From assembly GCA_963663965.2 (NCBI GenBank), contig CAXXFK010000010.1, positions 160,001-224,000 on the forward strand: a stretch of DNA of 64,000 nucleotides, written 5' to 3'. The notes under the pieces were generated by a model. It saw nothing but the letters and a program-made list of their open reading frames with translations. It searched no databases and was not told the DNA's origin. This stretch comes from Sedimentisphaerales bacterium (lineage in GTDB: Bacteria > Planctomycetota > Phycisphaerae > Sedimentisphaerales > SM23-30). This document shows positions 21,327 to 32,202 of this stretch, piece after piece (the first letter of the stretch is position 1; each line of letters opens with the position of its first letter). The position numbers were made by a program, and so were the translations under genes.

Positions 21327-22204
21327 ATGGCACGTTTAAACAAGCAGCACACCCCAGAAAAACCGGAATATTTGCGGCAGGCAAAAAGAACAGAATCGAC
21401 CGGATCGGGCTTACACGCGTATTGAGGACAGGAAGTATTACTTGGGTACATGGAACAGCCCGGAAAGCTTGCAGACTTATGCCCGTTTAATCGCTGAATC
21501 CGCCAGCGGTCGCATTATATCGGTGGGACCATCTGAAGTCATCATCATCACCGAACTATGTCGATCCTATTACGAATGGGCAGCGCATTACTATCAGAAC
21601 ATTTTACCCTACAAAGCCACGATCAATACGTTAGTGACTTTATATGGTGACTTGCTGGTCGATCAGTTTTCCCCCTTAAAGTGACAGGCCGTTATGGAAT
21701 GGTTTGTGAAAAAAGGACTATCCTGGAAAGAATGCAATGCCAGAATGAGGATCGCGCGTGGAATCTTCCGCTGGGGAGTAGCACGCGAACTGGTCCCCCC
21801 TACTGTATTACAGGGACTGCAAGCCGTTTCCGGTCTTAAACGGGGACGCACCCAGGCCCCCGAAACCGAACCCATCAAACCGGCCAAATTTATTCATATT
21901 GAATGGTCTTTGCCTCACCTGTTATCCGTGGTAGCGGATGCAGTGGAAGTGCTTTTGTTAACGGGTGCGCGCTTTTCTGAGGTGTTAAGGCTGAAGGTAC
22001 AGGATATTATCATGGAAGATAACATCTGGCATTCCCGCTTGAATGAACATCAAACCGCTAACCGGGGTAAAGAACGCAATCTCTATTATGGTCCCCAGGC
22101 CCGGCGATTCTGAAAGACCGCATGACCGGCAAAGGGTTTGATGGATATCTGTTTTCTCCCAAAGATGCCGTTCAGGAGCGGGCCAGTAAATTTGAAACAG
22201 CGTA
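21327..22204 (+). pseudogene. Degraded tyrosine recombinase/phage-type integrase
   Basis: Pieced together across frames: MARLNKQ..., frameshift near 21390, DRAYTRIEDRKYYLGTWNSPES...RLIAE, in-frame TGA at 21682, LLLTGARFSEVLRLK (box I Arg), HQTANRGKER, frameshift near 22105, YLFSPKDA, stop at 22204. The C-terminal HxxR/Y catalytic part is missing. Lies 120 bp after the tRNA. Confidence 0.85.
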
Positions 22205-22297
22205 ACCGGTAGAGTCGCCAATGTACTCGCGCTGAGTATCAGAGACACACATAAAACTGCACTTATTTTCATTTTGCCTGCTGTTCGAGTTGATTTA

Positions 22298-23842
22298 CTA
22301 TTGCATCCAATGATTACTAAGCAGCATAAATTCATAAATATCAACCGCCCCATCCGCATTGACGTCGCATAATCGTGGAATACTGCTTCGCCATGCTCGT
22401 AAATCATTCAGTAATTCCATTGTTTTAACCGGATTAGTATGTTTAAGATCGGTCTTTTCCGATAAATCCTCGGACAGATGAAATAATTCAACAGCCCCGG
22501 TATTTAAATTTTCGACCAGTTTCCAATCCCGTTTACGTATTGCGCTTTGGTTATTATGCGGATAATACCAGCATAACGCATCCCGATTCAGCGTTGCCTG
22601 GGGATGGGTAAATAAAGATACTAAAGAAAGTCCATCCATCGGCTGATCGGAAGGCAATCGGGTAGTGGTGATCTCAGCGAAAGTCGGATAAAAATCACAG
22701 CTGCCCACCGGCTCATCACACGTACTGCCGGATTGAATATGCCCGGGCCAGCTTATTATAAGAGGCACTCGAATACCCCCCTCGTATAAATTTCCTTTGG
22801 CGCCGCGCAACGGACCATTGGTAGTCACATTACCGGCGCCGCCGTTATCTCCCATAAACACAATTATCGTATTGTCCAGAAGATGATACTCGGTCAGTTT
22901 GGCGATGATCGCACCGACCCCTTCATCGATCGTATAAAGTTGAGACGCCAGGTGGGGATTGTTTGGCTTTGAATCGGGTCCGATTCCACTGCCCGGCTTG
23001 GACTCAAAATGTTCGACCAGATGAGGCTTCCCATCAAGAACGGTGTGTACGGCATAATGACTCAAATAGAGGAAAAAGGGCTCTTTCTGATGCCGTTCAA
23101 TAAAATTCAACGCTTCGTAATTACAACGATCCACCAGATATTCATCATTGGGGTATAAGGGATCCAATACTTTCGGAGCCTTCGGCAAATCAGGCATCAT
23201 AATCGTCCCATTACCACGATAGGGCCACCAATAATCTCCATTGGCAATATAACGCGTCGCCCCGGCCAGATTTTCGTCAAAGCCCTGTTGTGTGGGTGGA
23301 ATGGGGTCCGGATCCCCATCATCGGCATAGCAGGATAGATGCCATTTCCCCACAATTCCGGTAGCATATCCCCGAGGTTTCAGCGCTTCGGCAACAGTGG
23401 TATAAGCCCTTGGCAGATTTTTGTCAAAATCGTACCGGTCAAGCCATTTCAAAATTCCAATACGAACCGGAACCTGCCCGGTCATTAAGCTGGCCCGGTC
23501 CGGAGAACAAACCGGAGCCGACGCATAAGCATTGGTAAAACGCATCCCGCCAGTTGCCAAGGAGTCCAAATGCGGCGTTTCATTATAAGTGTTGCCATAG
23601 CAATTCAATTCATACCAACCCAGATCGTCCGCTAAAATAAAAATGATATTGGGAGTCATGTCCGCCCGGCTGGCAGCGGCTGTGAGCGAAAAACCGATCA
23701 GGACCAGACTAATACAATACCTCCTCCAATCAAATGACTTAAAGACATTTTCTAATCGTATTGAACGGTTTGGTCTATCATGCCACACACTCGGAACAAT
23801 ATTTAAAGTGAATCCAATGGTCTCATTTATCTTTGATCTCAT
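22298..23842 (-). CDS. Formylglycine-type (S1) sulfatase with C-terminal dockerin-like tag
   Basis: PNIIFILADDLG, CSPDRASLMTG (CxPxR), GKWHL, HYAVH, GDNGG, KGNLYEGGIRVP, C-terminal CDVNADGAVDIYEFMLLSNHWMQ. ATG at 23842 overlaps the upstream stop (ATGA); the ORF track starts at 23854. Confidence 0.92.
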   Translation of the reverse strand: MRSKINETIGFTLNIVPSVWHDRPNRSIRLENVFKSFDWRRYCISLVLIGFSLTAAASRADMTPNIIFILADDLGWYELNCYGNTYNETPHLDSLATGGMRFTNAYASAPVCSPDRASLMTGQVPVRIGILKWLDRYDFDKNLPRAYTTVAEALKPRGYATGIVGKWHLSCYADDGDPDPIPPTQQGFDENLAGATRYIANGDYWWPYRGNGTIMMPDLPKAPKVLDPLYPNDEYLVDRCNYEALNFIERHQKEPFFLYLSHYAVHTVLDGKPHLVEHFESKPGSGIGPDSKPNNPHLASQLYTIDEGVGAIIAKLTEYHLLDNTIIVFMGDNGGAGNVTTNGPLRGAKGNLYEGGIRVPLIISWPGHIQSGSTCDEPVGSCDFYPTFAEITTTRLPSDQPMDGLSLVSLFTHPQATLNRDALCWYYPHNNQSAIRKRDWKLVENLNTGAVELFHLSEDLSEKTDLKHTNPVKTMELLNDLRAWRSSIPRLCDVNADGAVDIYEFMLLSNHWMQ

Positions 23843-26800
23843 CGCCATAACCACTCACATATCTGTGGATCATTACAGTCCAGCCATGTATCGACAAACT
23901 CCGAAAGGTCGTCCATAGTGACTCCGGTAAGATCCTCATAATTCACATGACAATCATTATTAAAGTCGTATTTTAAGGCATATCCCATCGCAATAGCATC
24001 AGCACAATTTACCGGAACGGAGGCATTGTATAGATACAGTTTGTCAGTATCCGGACAGACAATCGCCAGCCATTTGCCATCCGGTGACCAGGCCATGCCA
24101 TTCACACCAACATTCAAATAAGCATTGGTGATTTCCGCCGTTGTGGCAGCAATAAATTGATTGGCGCCAGATGGAACGGCATTGACAACATCAATACGCC
24201 AGATAGTCCGTGGATACAGCAAGCTGTTCGCACCATCGGCCGCCGTCGCCAGCCAGATCGATCCATTAGTCGGATTGACCACGATCGCATCATCACAACG
24301 GGATGCCGCCCCACCGCGAGTAATGTCTATATCCAGAAAAATCTTCTGGATAATGCCATCGGCTTTGACCCGGCTGATATATGGCCGATTTACACCATCC
24401 AGCCTGGCCAAGGGGATCGTCATTGGAACCAGGTAGCAATAGCCGTCAATCTCGCTGGCGCATCCCCGAATATCAGAAGTAAAGTAATCCGAGGTATCTT
24501 CCCAGATTACGGTGTACGCCGGTGAAGATTCGGTGCTGGATGAATCCAGGATCACAACGGCCTCGTTATCATCCCCATCTAACCCACTATCGATGATTAT
24601 CAAATCCGTTCCCGCATCATAGTCACCGCCGAAACCGGCCGGCACCATCATAACGCTTTGGATATTATCATCTCCGGCGTTACGATAATTGCCAATCATA
24701 TCCGAGTTGGAAGGACTGCCACCGGGATCGATAACCTTGCGGACCGCCGGTTCATCATTATAACAAACATAGACATCACCGTTATTATCGACTGCGCAGC
24801 CGTAAGGATTCTCGTACGATCCCAGTCTCAATCTCCCGCTGGTGCTTCCATCGAAAAGACTGACGGAATACAACCCCCGTTCACTACTGGTGGACACCCG
24901 GTTAACAAAGAATACCCGGTCATAATTGCCCTTAACGACATGCGTGGGATCGAAAGCCAGACCGCTGCCAACCCAATCCACCGACTGGTCCAGCACAAAC
25001 GATTTCCCAGGACCCGCGATATGTTTGCCGTAAATTTCAGCAGGTCGGGGAAGCTGCTGACCAAAAATAAATGGCAAAGTAAACTCACTGGATCGATAAT
25101 CACTTTCTGGAAGCAAACTACCCGTCCCATCGTTTCCATAGTTAAACGCCGCCCAGTTATGGGCATAATTGCTGCCGTCCGTTAGTGAGGCATGGCTGCT
25201 GAATGTATTCAGGATGGTCGAATAGGTCTCCACTCGAATCGTATTGGTTTGCGGACTGAATTCCAGCAGCCGAATCCAACCGCCCCCATTGCCTAAATTG
25301 GCGCCACTATGACATCGCTGATAGTCGGCCATCATCTGGTGGACATTGAAGCCGGCGCTGTTCTGATCCGTTCGACGGGCGCTGGTTCCAAAAACATAAA
25401 CATCATCTTCACAATAATGACCGCAGAATAACATAAAAATCTGTGGATTGACTTTAATAAAATCATTCCACACGGCCTGAGGTCCGTTCAAGGCATAGCC
25501 ATTGCGCAACGAGGCTCCGGGATACCCCCCTCCGGGACCCAGAAATTTATGAGTCGTCAGAATCGTTGGAAATCCCGGATGCGTATCAATCACGTTCTGC
25601 GCCCAGTTCAAAACGGCATCGCGTGGTTCACATTCGAAAGCAATATGTAGAAAATCGATATCCCCCACGCTAAAAGTCTGCCAACTGGTCATGCCGCTGG
25701 TATCGGCGCTATTAATATAAGCATCGCCATACCAACTCTTATCCCGGAAATAATCGGTATCCGGACCAAAATACTGATTCCAATCCGTCGCACCATGAAT
25801 CGGATCGCCGTTGACATCATAGTCGTGGTTGCCCGGAGCCATCCCAAAAGGAATCGTGTTGAGCAGCTTGTTCATGGCCGATTTCACCCGACTGTATTGC
25901 GTCTCGTTTGATGTCATGACAATATCGCCTTCATGAGCAACAAAAGCAATATTCATAGCATTGGCATTATCGACAATATACTGTAATTCATCCTTAAACA
26001 GATTAATACTGGCCGGCTGATTGCTGTGATTCGGATAGCCCTGACTATCGGGAATTGCCACCACTGTGAAATTTTTGCCGGAGACTGGTTCATAAACAGC
26101 ATACTTGGCGTTCAGATAGCTCGATACCTGCCGCATCTGTGCCGGTGTCAACTGAGCATTATAAACCAGCACCTCGGCGATGTCCCCATCGTACCAGTTA
26201 ATCAGACCGTAGGTCGGGTGCCAGCCGGCCCCCACGGTCATATCATTGTTGCCGTTATCAAAGTAAATATTCGTATCGGCCGCATTGGTACTGGTCTGAA
26301 CCAGCGAAATATCGTCAATACGATACCAGACGCTGCCGTACCCACCGCCCTGAGCAATCTGTCGTGAGCTGATATGCCACTGACCGTGATGAAACGGACT
26401 GCTGGACAGGCAATAGCCGTTATTAAAGCGAATACCACTCTGATTGGCGGAGACATCACAACCGAAACATTTACCGGCAGTGCCACCGGTTTTACCAATC
26501 TGGACGACGCGTTGCTCAGTAGTGGCAACCCCACCGGTACAAACCATAAAAACGGTCACTCCCTGCATCTTGTCCCAACTCCAGATATCCGATACCAACA
26601 CCTGTTTTTCAAAATCTGGCGCAGCGTCACCCTCCGACGGACGAGTGAAGCGAACAGCCGGCAGCCCATTGAGTACGTTCAACACATAGATCGGCGTGCC
26701 AAACCCTGATACAGCAGATACCGTTCCATCGACGGAGTCATCGGTTGCGGAATCCGGCCATACCGCCACCATGTCATTATTACTGAGAGACAGAGAATCA

Positions 26801-27645
26801 GCTTTCAGATGGATTATCAAATCTTCTGTAAGCGGTCCGTCCAAATCATACTTTTCTTTCAAATAGTTAGAAATCTGCTTTAGCTGACCGGGAGTTAACA
26901 CATTGTTATAAACCAGAATTTCCGCTATATCCCCGGTATAAAAATCGTTATTTGCCCACTCCCCGCTAACCATACCGTTTCCAAGACTGAAACTATTACC
27001 GGCAGTTGGCAATGTCGTGGTACGGGTGGGATTATTGATGTTATCCAATACGATTGAATGGCCGTCAATTGAAAAGGCAGCATTTTGATGCTGATCTCCC
27101 TGAGCCATTTGCCAAACACCTATATGAAAGCCGGTTGTCAGTAAATTACCCAATTTTGCCAGTGAACGACCATTATTAAAACGAAAACCACTGCCCCCGT
27201 CATTTGCCGTACGATTAATTGACACATCCAAACCGATGACATTTCCATTCCCACCGAAAGCGTCTCCGAGTTGGCCCAGGCGTTCACCATCCTGGCCGGA
27301 ATTGTCTCCAGTAAACAGCGCAACAACGGTTATTCCCACTCCAGAATCAGGCAGAGCAAACTGACTCGCGGTACTCAGAATATCATCAGAAAACCGGACG
27401 ATCGGAAGCCCGCCCAGAATATTTGAATGCCAGGTTGGCATACTTTGCCCGGAAACCGGGCTCAGTGTACCGTCAATCCCATCATCGACAGCGGAATCGG
27501 GCCAAGCCACAACGTCAGCACCATCACTTAATCCCGCAATGGCATCTGCTTTCAGGTGAATAATCAGATTTTCAGTATTCGGTAATACCACCCCGAATAT
27601 ACTTATCTGGCACAACAAAACTATGACAATGATCCGCTTAGTCAT
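23839..27645 (-). CDS. Large secreted protein: two LamG/ConA-like lectin domains, calcineurin-like metallophosphoesterase, probable beta-propeller, dockerin-like tail
   Basis: Signal peptide MTKRIIVIVLL; two repeats of IIHLKAD...GDIAE(I/V)LVYN...YL..KY; phosphoesterase motifs IPDSQ, HEGD, GNHD, TTH, GHY; C-terminal YDFNNDCHVNYEDL...W. ORF track starts at 27678. Confidence 0.85.
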   Translation of the reverse strand: MTKRIIVIVLLCQISIFGVVLPNTENLIIHLKADAIAGLSDGADVVAWPDSAVDDGIDGTLSPVSGQSMPTWHSNILGGLPIVRFSDDILSTASQFALPDSGVGITVVALFTGDNSGQDGERLGQLGDAFGGNGNVIGLDVSINRTANDGGSGFRFNNGRSLAKLGNLLTTGFHIGVWQMAQGDQHQNAAFSIDGHSIVLDNINNPTRTTTLPTAGNSFSLGNGMVSGEWANNDFYTGDIAEILVYNNVLTPGQLKQISNYLKEKYDLDGPLTEDLIIHLKADSLSLSNNDMVAVWPDSATDDSVDGTVSAVSGFGTPIYVLNVLNGLPAVRFTRPSEGDAAPDFEKQVLVSDIWSWDKMQGVTVFMVCTGGVATTEQRVVQIGKTGGTAGKCFGCDVSANQSGIRFNNGYCLSSSPFHHGQWHISSRQIAQGGGYGSVWYRIDDISLVQTSTNAADTNIYFDNGNNDMTVGAGWHPTYGLINWYDGDIAEVLVYNAQLTPAQMRQVSSYLNAKYAVYEPVSGKNFTVVAIPDSQGYPNHSNQPASINLFKDELQYIVDNANAMNIAFVAHEGDIVMTSNETQYSRVKSAMNKLLNTIPFGMAPGNHDYDVNGDPIHGATDWNQYFGPDTDYFRDKSWYGDAYINSADTSGMTSWQTFSVGDIDFLHIAFECEPRDAVLNWAQNVIDTHPGFPTILTTHKFLGPGGGYPGASLRNGYALNGPQAVWNDFIKVNPQIFMLFCGHYCEDDVYVFGTSARRTDQNSAGFNVHQMMADYQRCHSGANLGNGGGWIRLLEFSPQTNTIRVETYSTILNTFSSHASLTDGSNYAHNWAAFNYGNDGTGSLLPESDYRSSEFTLPFIFGQQLPRPAEIYGKHIAGPGKSFVLDQSVDWVGSGLAFDPTHVVKGNYDRVFFVNRVSTSSERGLYSVSLFDGSTSGRLRLGSYENPYGCAVDNNGDVYVCYNDEPAVRKVIDPGGSPSNSDMIGNYRNAGDDNIQSVMMVPAGFGGDYDAGTDLIIIDSGLDGDDNEAVVILDSSSTESSPAYTVIWEDTSDYFTSDIRGCASEIDGYCYLVPMTIPLARLDGVNRPYISRVKADGIIQKIFLDIDITRGGAASRCDDAIVVNPTNGSIWLATAADGANSLLYPRTIWRIDVVNAVPSGANQFIAATTAEITNAYLNVGVNGMAWSPDGKWLAIVCPDTDKLYLYNASVPVNCADAIAMGYALKYDFNNDCHVNYEDLTGVTMDDLSEFVDTWLDCNDPQICEWLWR

Positions 27646-27720
27646 ACGACTGTCCCCCCATGACAACCATTTTTGCACTGATTTATCATCATATAATATT
27701 ATGACATCTCAAAGAGATTC

Positions 27721-28836
27721 TTATTTCTTCTTTTCTGCATCCGCCAGATGCACTTCAATTTGTACCGGCAGCCCCTTATCCGGTGCAACCAGCATATTTT
27801 TCACTTCATAGGACAATATCTGTCTATCTTTCCCTTTCGGCATATTGATATTGACCAGTATCGAGGAACGAGCTGGAATTGCCAATTGCGCCGGTCCGAC
27901 TTTACCAACACGCTCAAGATTGAGATTCAGAAACGATCGATTGGTAATCTGGAAGAAACGCTCATTCCCCCGGCTGTGATGAACCGGGGAAACCGATACG
28001 GCAACATCATACATCGCTTGAAGATACGTCTGACGGCCAATCAGCTCATTGGATTTCCAGACCAGCGTGCGACCCGCAAACAACGCTTCCCGGATTGCTT
28101 CGACACTGCGCTGGCGGGCCATCACCAGCGTCAGGGTTCGATGCTTTTCCGGCGTGTAAACATAATCAATTGAAGGCGCGTGCATATCCGACGATCCGAT
28201 CATGGTCATATTTTTTTCCAGACACCATTGATGCGCCAATGGATAATAGGTCCCCCCGTTGGCCACTTCCATGCCATGCAGCCATTTATTCTCATAGATC
28301 TCGGTCTTCAAATCACTCCATTGACCTGCGGTTATGCCTTTCCACGTATGATGATTCCAGAATACGAATCCTTGCTGTTCGGAGGCGGCCCGGGCCGCAT
28401 CGATCAGTTGAGGATGATTAACCGGCTCAATTTCAGTCAAAAAAATCGCGTTGTGATGCCCTGGCGGCGTTGGTTTGGAAATCTCGCCCCCTTTGATCAG
28501 CAGTACGTTTCTTTCCCGGGCAACCGGTGCGGCAACCTCATACGGCCGCTCAAGATTGGCAGGAATATCGTCATGGTACTTCTGATGTTCGATATGGTCT
28601 GACAACGCAATGGCATCCAGACCTTCACGCATCGCTTCTTCAATCCGTTCAGTTGGCCAAACCCGTCCGTCCGAAAAGACGGTATGCATATGGAAGTCAC
28701 ATACCAATGTCTCATAGCCATTCATATCAGGGAAATAAGGCAGCGCGGGCCGCTGCTTAGCCGCCAGCAACACGGTGCTGATTGTTAAGATACCAATCCA
28801 TAAGTTATTTTTAACGAATTTCACAATCGCCTCCAA
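27721..28836 (-). CDS. Exported PHP-domain phosphoesterase (Sb-PDE-like), paralogue 2
   Basis: CDFHMHTVFSDG, SDHIE, GHHNAIF, FWNH, EVANG, SSDMH; N-terminal signal/TM. Probable GTG start at 28824 after GGAGG. Confidence 0.85.
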   Translation of the reverse strand: MEAIVKFVKNNLWIGILTISTVLLAAKQRPALPYFPDMNGYETLVCDFHMHTVFSDGRVWPTERIEEAMREGLDAIALSDHIEHQKYHDDIPANLERPYEVAAPVARERNVLLIKGGEISKPTPPGHHNAIFLTEIEPVNHPQLIDAARAASEQQGFVFWNHHTWKGITAGQWSDLKTEIYENKWLHGMEVANGGTYYPLAHQWCLEKNMTMIGSSDMHAPSIDYVYTPEKHRTLTLVMARQRSVEAIREALFAGRTLVWKSNELIGRQTYLQAMYDVAVSVSPVHHSRGNERFFQITNRSFLNLNLERVGKVGPAQLAIPARSSILVNINMPKGKDRQILSYEVKNMLVAPDKGLPVQIEVHLADAEKKK

Positions 28837-28943
28837 ATAATATACTTATCACTTTGTTCATAAGATTGATCCGTCTGTCACTAAATGATATGATGACCTT
28901 TTCAAACATGGCATGCCGCTTTTGCCAGGTTTTCTTTCGCGAT

Positions 28944-30050
28944 TCAGGGCAGAGACACCTCAATTTGAACGGGCAGCCCCTTTTCCGGTTCAATCAACAT
29001 ATTTTTTACCTCATAAGACATCATCTGCGAGCTTTTACCTTCCGGCATATTCACACTGATTTGAACAGTCGAACGGGCCGGAATCCATATAAAATTCGGG
29101 CCGATTTTGCCGACGCGTTTAAGATCTAAATTCAAAAATGAGTGATTAGTCATTTCAAAGAAACGCTCAGTCTCTTTACTGTGATACACTTGAGACACCA
29201 TCACAGAAGCGTCATAGAGCTTTTGAAGATATTCTGGCTGACCAATCATTTGATTTTTGAACCAAACCGCTGTGCGTCCCGCTCTGAGGGCCTCCTGGAG
29301 TGATTCCAAACTGTGTTCCCGGGCAAATACCAGGGTCAGCGATCGATGATTGTCCGGGGTGTAATCATAATAAAAAGACGAAGTATGAAGATCCGTGTTG
29401 CCCAGCATGGCAAGATTCTTGTCAAGGCACCAGCGATGCGCGTTCGGATAATAACTGTCCCCGTTAACCACTTCCATCCCATGGAGCCACCCATGTTCCA
29501 CCATCGTTGTCTGAACCTCACTCCATTTGCCCGGTTCCTCACCTTTCCAGGCATGATGATTCCAAAAGACAAAGGCGTGCTGCTGATTGGCTTGTTCGAT
29601 CGCCCCCAAAAACTCATCCTTCACCAGCGGATTGACATCCTCCAGAAATAAGGCATTGTAATGACCCGGCGGAGTTTTACGGGTAATCTCTGCGGCTTTA
29701 ACCAACATGATACCCATTTCTTCCGCCCTGACCCCAGCGATCTCATAAGAACGATTATGCTGGGTCGGAATATCGTCTTTATGGGGTTGATACTCGATAT
29801 GATCACTGATGGAAATGGCATCCAATCCTTCACAATAGGCTTCATCGATACGCACCGTCGGCCAAACCAGCCCATCGGAAAAGACGCTATGTGTGTGTAA
29901 ATCACACAGTAGCGTCTGATACCCTTCGATGTCAGGAAAATACGGCACCGCCGGCCGTTTCAGCATCGGTTTGACAGCCATCAAATCAGAACTGATTATT
30001 AAGATAGCAATCCATAGGATATTCAATTTCTTTTTCACACTTATCTCCAT
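28944..30050 (-). CDS. Exported PHP-domain phosphoesterase (Sb-PDE-like), paralogue 1
   Basis: CDLHTHSVFSDG, SDHIEY, GHYNALF, FWNH, EVVNG, NTDLH; collinear with the adjacent paralogue. Probable GTG start at 30038. Confidence 0.85.
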   Translation of the reverse strand: MEISVKKKLNILWIAILIISSDLMAVKPMLKRPAVPYFPDIEGYQTLLCDLHTHSVFSDGLVWPTVRIDEAYCEGLDAISISDHIEYQPHKDDIPTQHNRSYEIAGVRAEEMGIMLVKAAEITRKTPPGHYNALFLEDVNPLVKDEFLGAIEQANQQHAFVFWNHHAWKGEEPGKWSEVQTTMVEHGWLHGMEVVNGDSYYPNAHRWCLDKNLAMLGNTDLHTSSFYYDYTPDNHRSLTLVFAREHSLESLQEALRAGRTAVWFKNQMIGQPEYLQKLYDASVMVSQVYHSKETERFFEMTNHSFLNLDLKRVGKIGPNFIWIPARSTVQISVNMPEGKSSQMMSYEVKNMLIEPEKGLPVQIEVSLP

Positions 30051-30459
30051 AATTTTATCTCTTTATTTCTAGTAGAAGACTTCTATACGGGACAGCTCGG
30101 TCTCAGGACAATATCCTTCTCACGGGATATCGATAAGACATTCGATATGCCCTGCCGGAATGACAAACAACAACCGACAGGGCATTTCAATGCTTAAATG
30201 GTTATTATCTGATCATTATGACTGAGGACAGGCTGATTCCGGATACGGGCCGCGAAATCAGCCCTTTACGAGTCATTACTCATTTTGCCAGCGATCAGGA
30301 ATTTTCATACCCATTGGGTATTATTCTTTTCAAACGATGAATAACTCAATCGAAACAATCACTTTTTCTTGTATTATCAACATTTTAGACTAATTATGCA
30401 TTGTCTCTGGTTGATTCAGTTGATGTATGAAAACTATTTTCCGTGAATTACTGATAGAA

Positions 30460-32202
30460 TTAATCATGAAAACCATGGTCATATTTAGAGTTCAAATAAC
30501 TCATCACGATATCTATCTCGGCCATTGACAGCTGTTTGTTGTAAACCAGAATTTCGGCAACATCGCCATCGTACCAGTTGATCATTCCGAAACTTGGGTG
30601 CGCGCCGGCTCCCACGGTGATATCGTTTTTATTGGCGACAAAATCAATGTTATTTTCAGATCGATTCGTTAACATTTTAAGCGGGACGCCATCCACGGAA
30701 TAAAAGACATCGCCATAGCTGCTGCCCTGATTCAATTGACGGACACTGATATGCCACTCACCATATTCAAAGGGACTATCGGTCAAACAAAAACCATTAT
30801 TATCACGTGTCCCGCTCTCGTTCGAGCTTACATCACACCCAAAACTCTGAAACATCGCGCCACCTGTTCGACCGACCTGAACGACGCGTTGCGGGCGTTC
30901 AGCGATTCCACCTGTGCAGAAAATAAAAATGGTTACACCGGCCTTTTCATTCCATCGCCAGGTATCTGAAGCCAAAACCTGCTTTTGCTGAGGGGGCGCA
31001 TTATTGGGATCCTGGGGCTGTATGAATCGAACCGCGGGCATGCCATTACAGGCGTTCGCTTTGAATACCGGCATGCCATATCCCGGCATGGCGGAAAGTG
31101 TGCCGTCAACCCGATCACTCTTGGCTGAATCCGGCCATTTCGCCACGGATTCGCCGTCTTGCAACCATAGGGAATCCGCCTTCATGTGAATGATCAGCCC
31201 ATCTGTCGGAATGCTCGCTTCGCCGCGCCAGATAAAACGGCTTTCGGAAGAAATCTGACGGATAAACTGACTGCCATGAAACCGAATGGTCTGCATTTTT
31301 CCAGTTGTATCAACTCGAGTCGCCTGGTTCGCGGTAAGGTTGACAGGGGGACCCTTATGCCCTTTCAAGCCAGGTATAATCGCGGCTTTCCCATCCAACA
31401 TGTGAATTTCTGCAGACCCTTCCGTGTTGACATGGATACCAAATTCCGTACCCAGATCAATAATTTTTGATGACGGTGTGTCTACGGAAAATCCGGTCAT
31501 CTGCGAAGGAACGTACGCATGGAGTTTCCCGCAGGCTAACCGCACGCTCTCAGAAGTCAGACAGGAAAATGAGGATTCTCCTTCGATAATAACCTCCGCG
31601 CCATAATCAAAGCGCATTTTTATCACTCCGGATACTAAATGATATCCATCCTGGTAGTCATAAAAATTCTCGCCAATTCCGATTTTTCTTGTTCCTTCTT
31701 TCCATCGAGCATCGATCGTATCAACCAGAACCGCACATGCGGTTGTATTTGCCTTCTTTGCAGGAGAAAAATTTATATAAACGATTAAAGCAACTATCGC
31801 CGCCATCGACAGAAGGGCAAAATAGTGGCTGAATCGATTGATGGTTTGCGGGACTCTAAGGTATCTGGTCTTATGAATTCGCTCCCGGTCATCATAGTCT
31901 ATGGGCGCAAGAACATCAGTCGATGGCGCCTTTTTCTCCTCTTCCGCCAAGATCGACCAAAATTCCTCACTTAAAACCGGGTCATTCAGCTCTGCATACG
32001 CTGGTGGCGGAAGAACATTTAAAACACCTTCAAGATCACAACATAAAGACAAATATAACTTGTAATAGTTTCTGGCTTCCGGGCCGGAACGAAGAATGTC
32101 TTCCATCTGTATGACTTCTTCCTGCGTTATCACCCCATCGCGAAAGCGAGATATCAGCACTCGTAACGTATCATATTTTGTGTCCTTTACCGAATCTCTC
32201 AT
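30460..32202 (-). CDS. FecR-like transmembrane anti-sigma factor with C-terminal LamG/ConA-like sensor domain
   Basis: N-terminal anti-sigma helices, TM segment, FecR motifs GAEVIIEG and FSVDTPSSKIIDLGTEFGI, C-terminal IIHMKAD...WYDGDVAEILVYN domain; ATGA overlap with the sigma gene. Confidence 0.88.
   Translation of the reverse strand: MRDSVKDTKYDTLRVLISRFRDGVITQEEVIQMEDILRSGPEARNYYKLYLSLCCDLEGVLNVLPPPAYAELNDPVLSEEFWSILAEEEKKAPSTDVLAPIDYDDRERIHKTRYLRVPQTINRFSHYFALLSMAAIVALIVYINFSPAKKANTTACAVLVDTIDARWKEGTRKIGIGENFYDYQDGYHLVSGVIKMRFDYGAEVIIEGESSFSCLTSESVRLACGKLHAYVPSQMTGFSVDTPSSKIIDLGTEFGIHVNTEGSAEIHMLDGKAAIIPGLKGHKGPPVNLTANQATRVDTTGKMQTIRFHGSQFIRQISSESRFIWRGEASIPTDGLIIHMKADSLWLQDGESVAKWPDSAKSDRVDGTLSAMPGYGMPVFKANACNGMPAVRFIQPQDPNNAPPQQKQVLASDTWRWNEKAGVTIFIFCTGGIAERPQRVVQVGRTGGAMFQSFGCDVSSNESGTRDNNGFCLTDSPFEYGEWHISVRQLNQGSSYGDVFYSVDGVPLKMLTNRSENNIDFVANKNDITVGAGAHPSFGMINWYDGDVAEILVYNKQLSMAEIDIVMSYLNSKYDHGFHD

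Noticed and set aside
21442..22113. ORFs 21442-21684 and 21694-22113 as two independent genes
   Set aside because: They are in the same frame, separated by one TGA, and are fragments of the integrase pseudogene.
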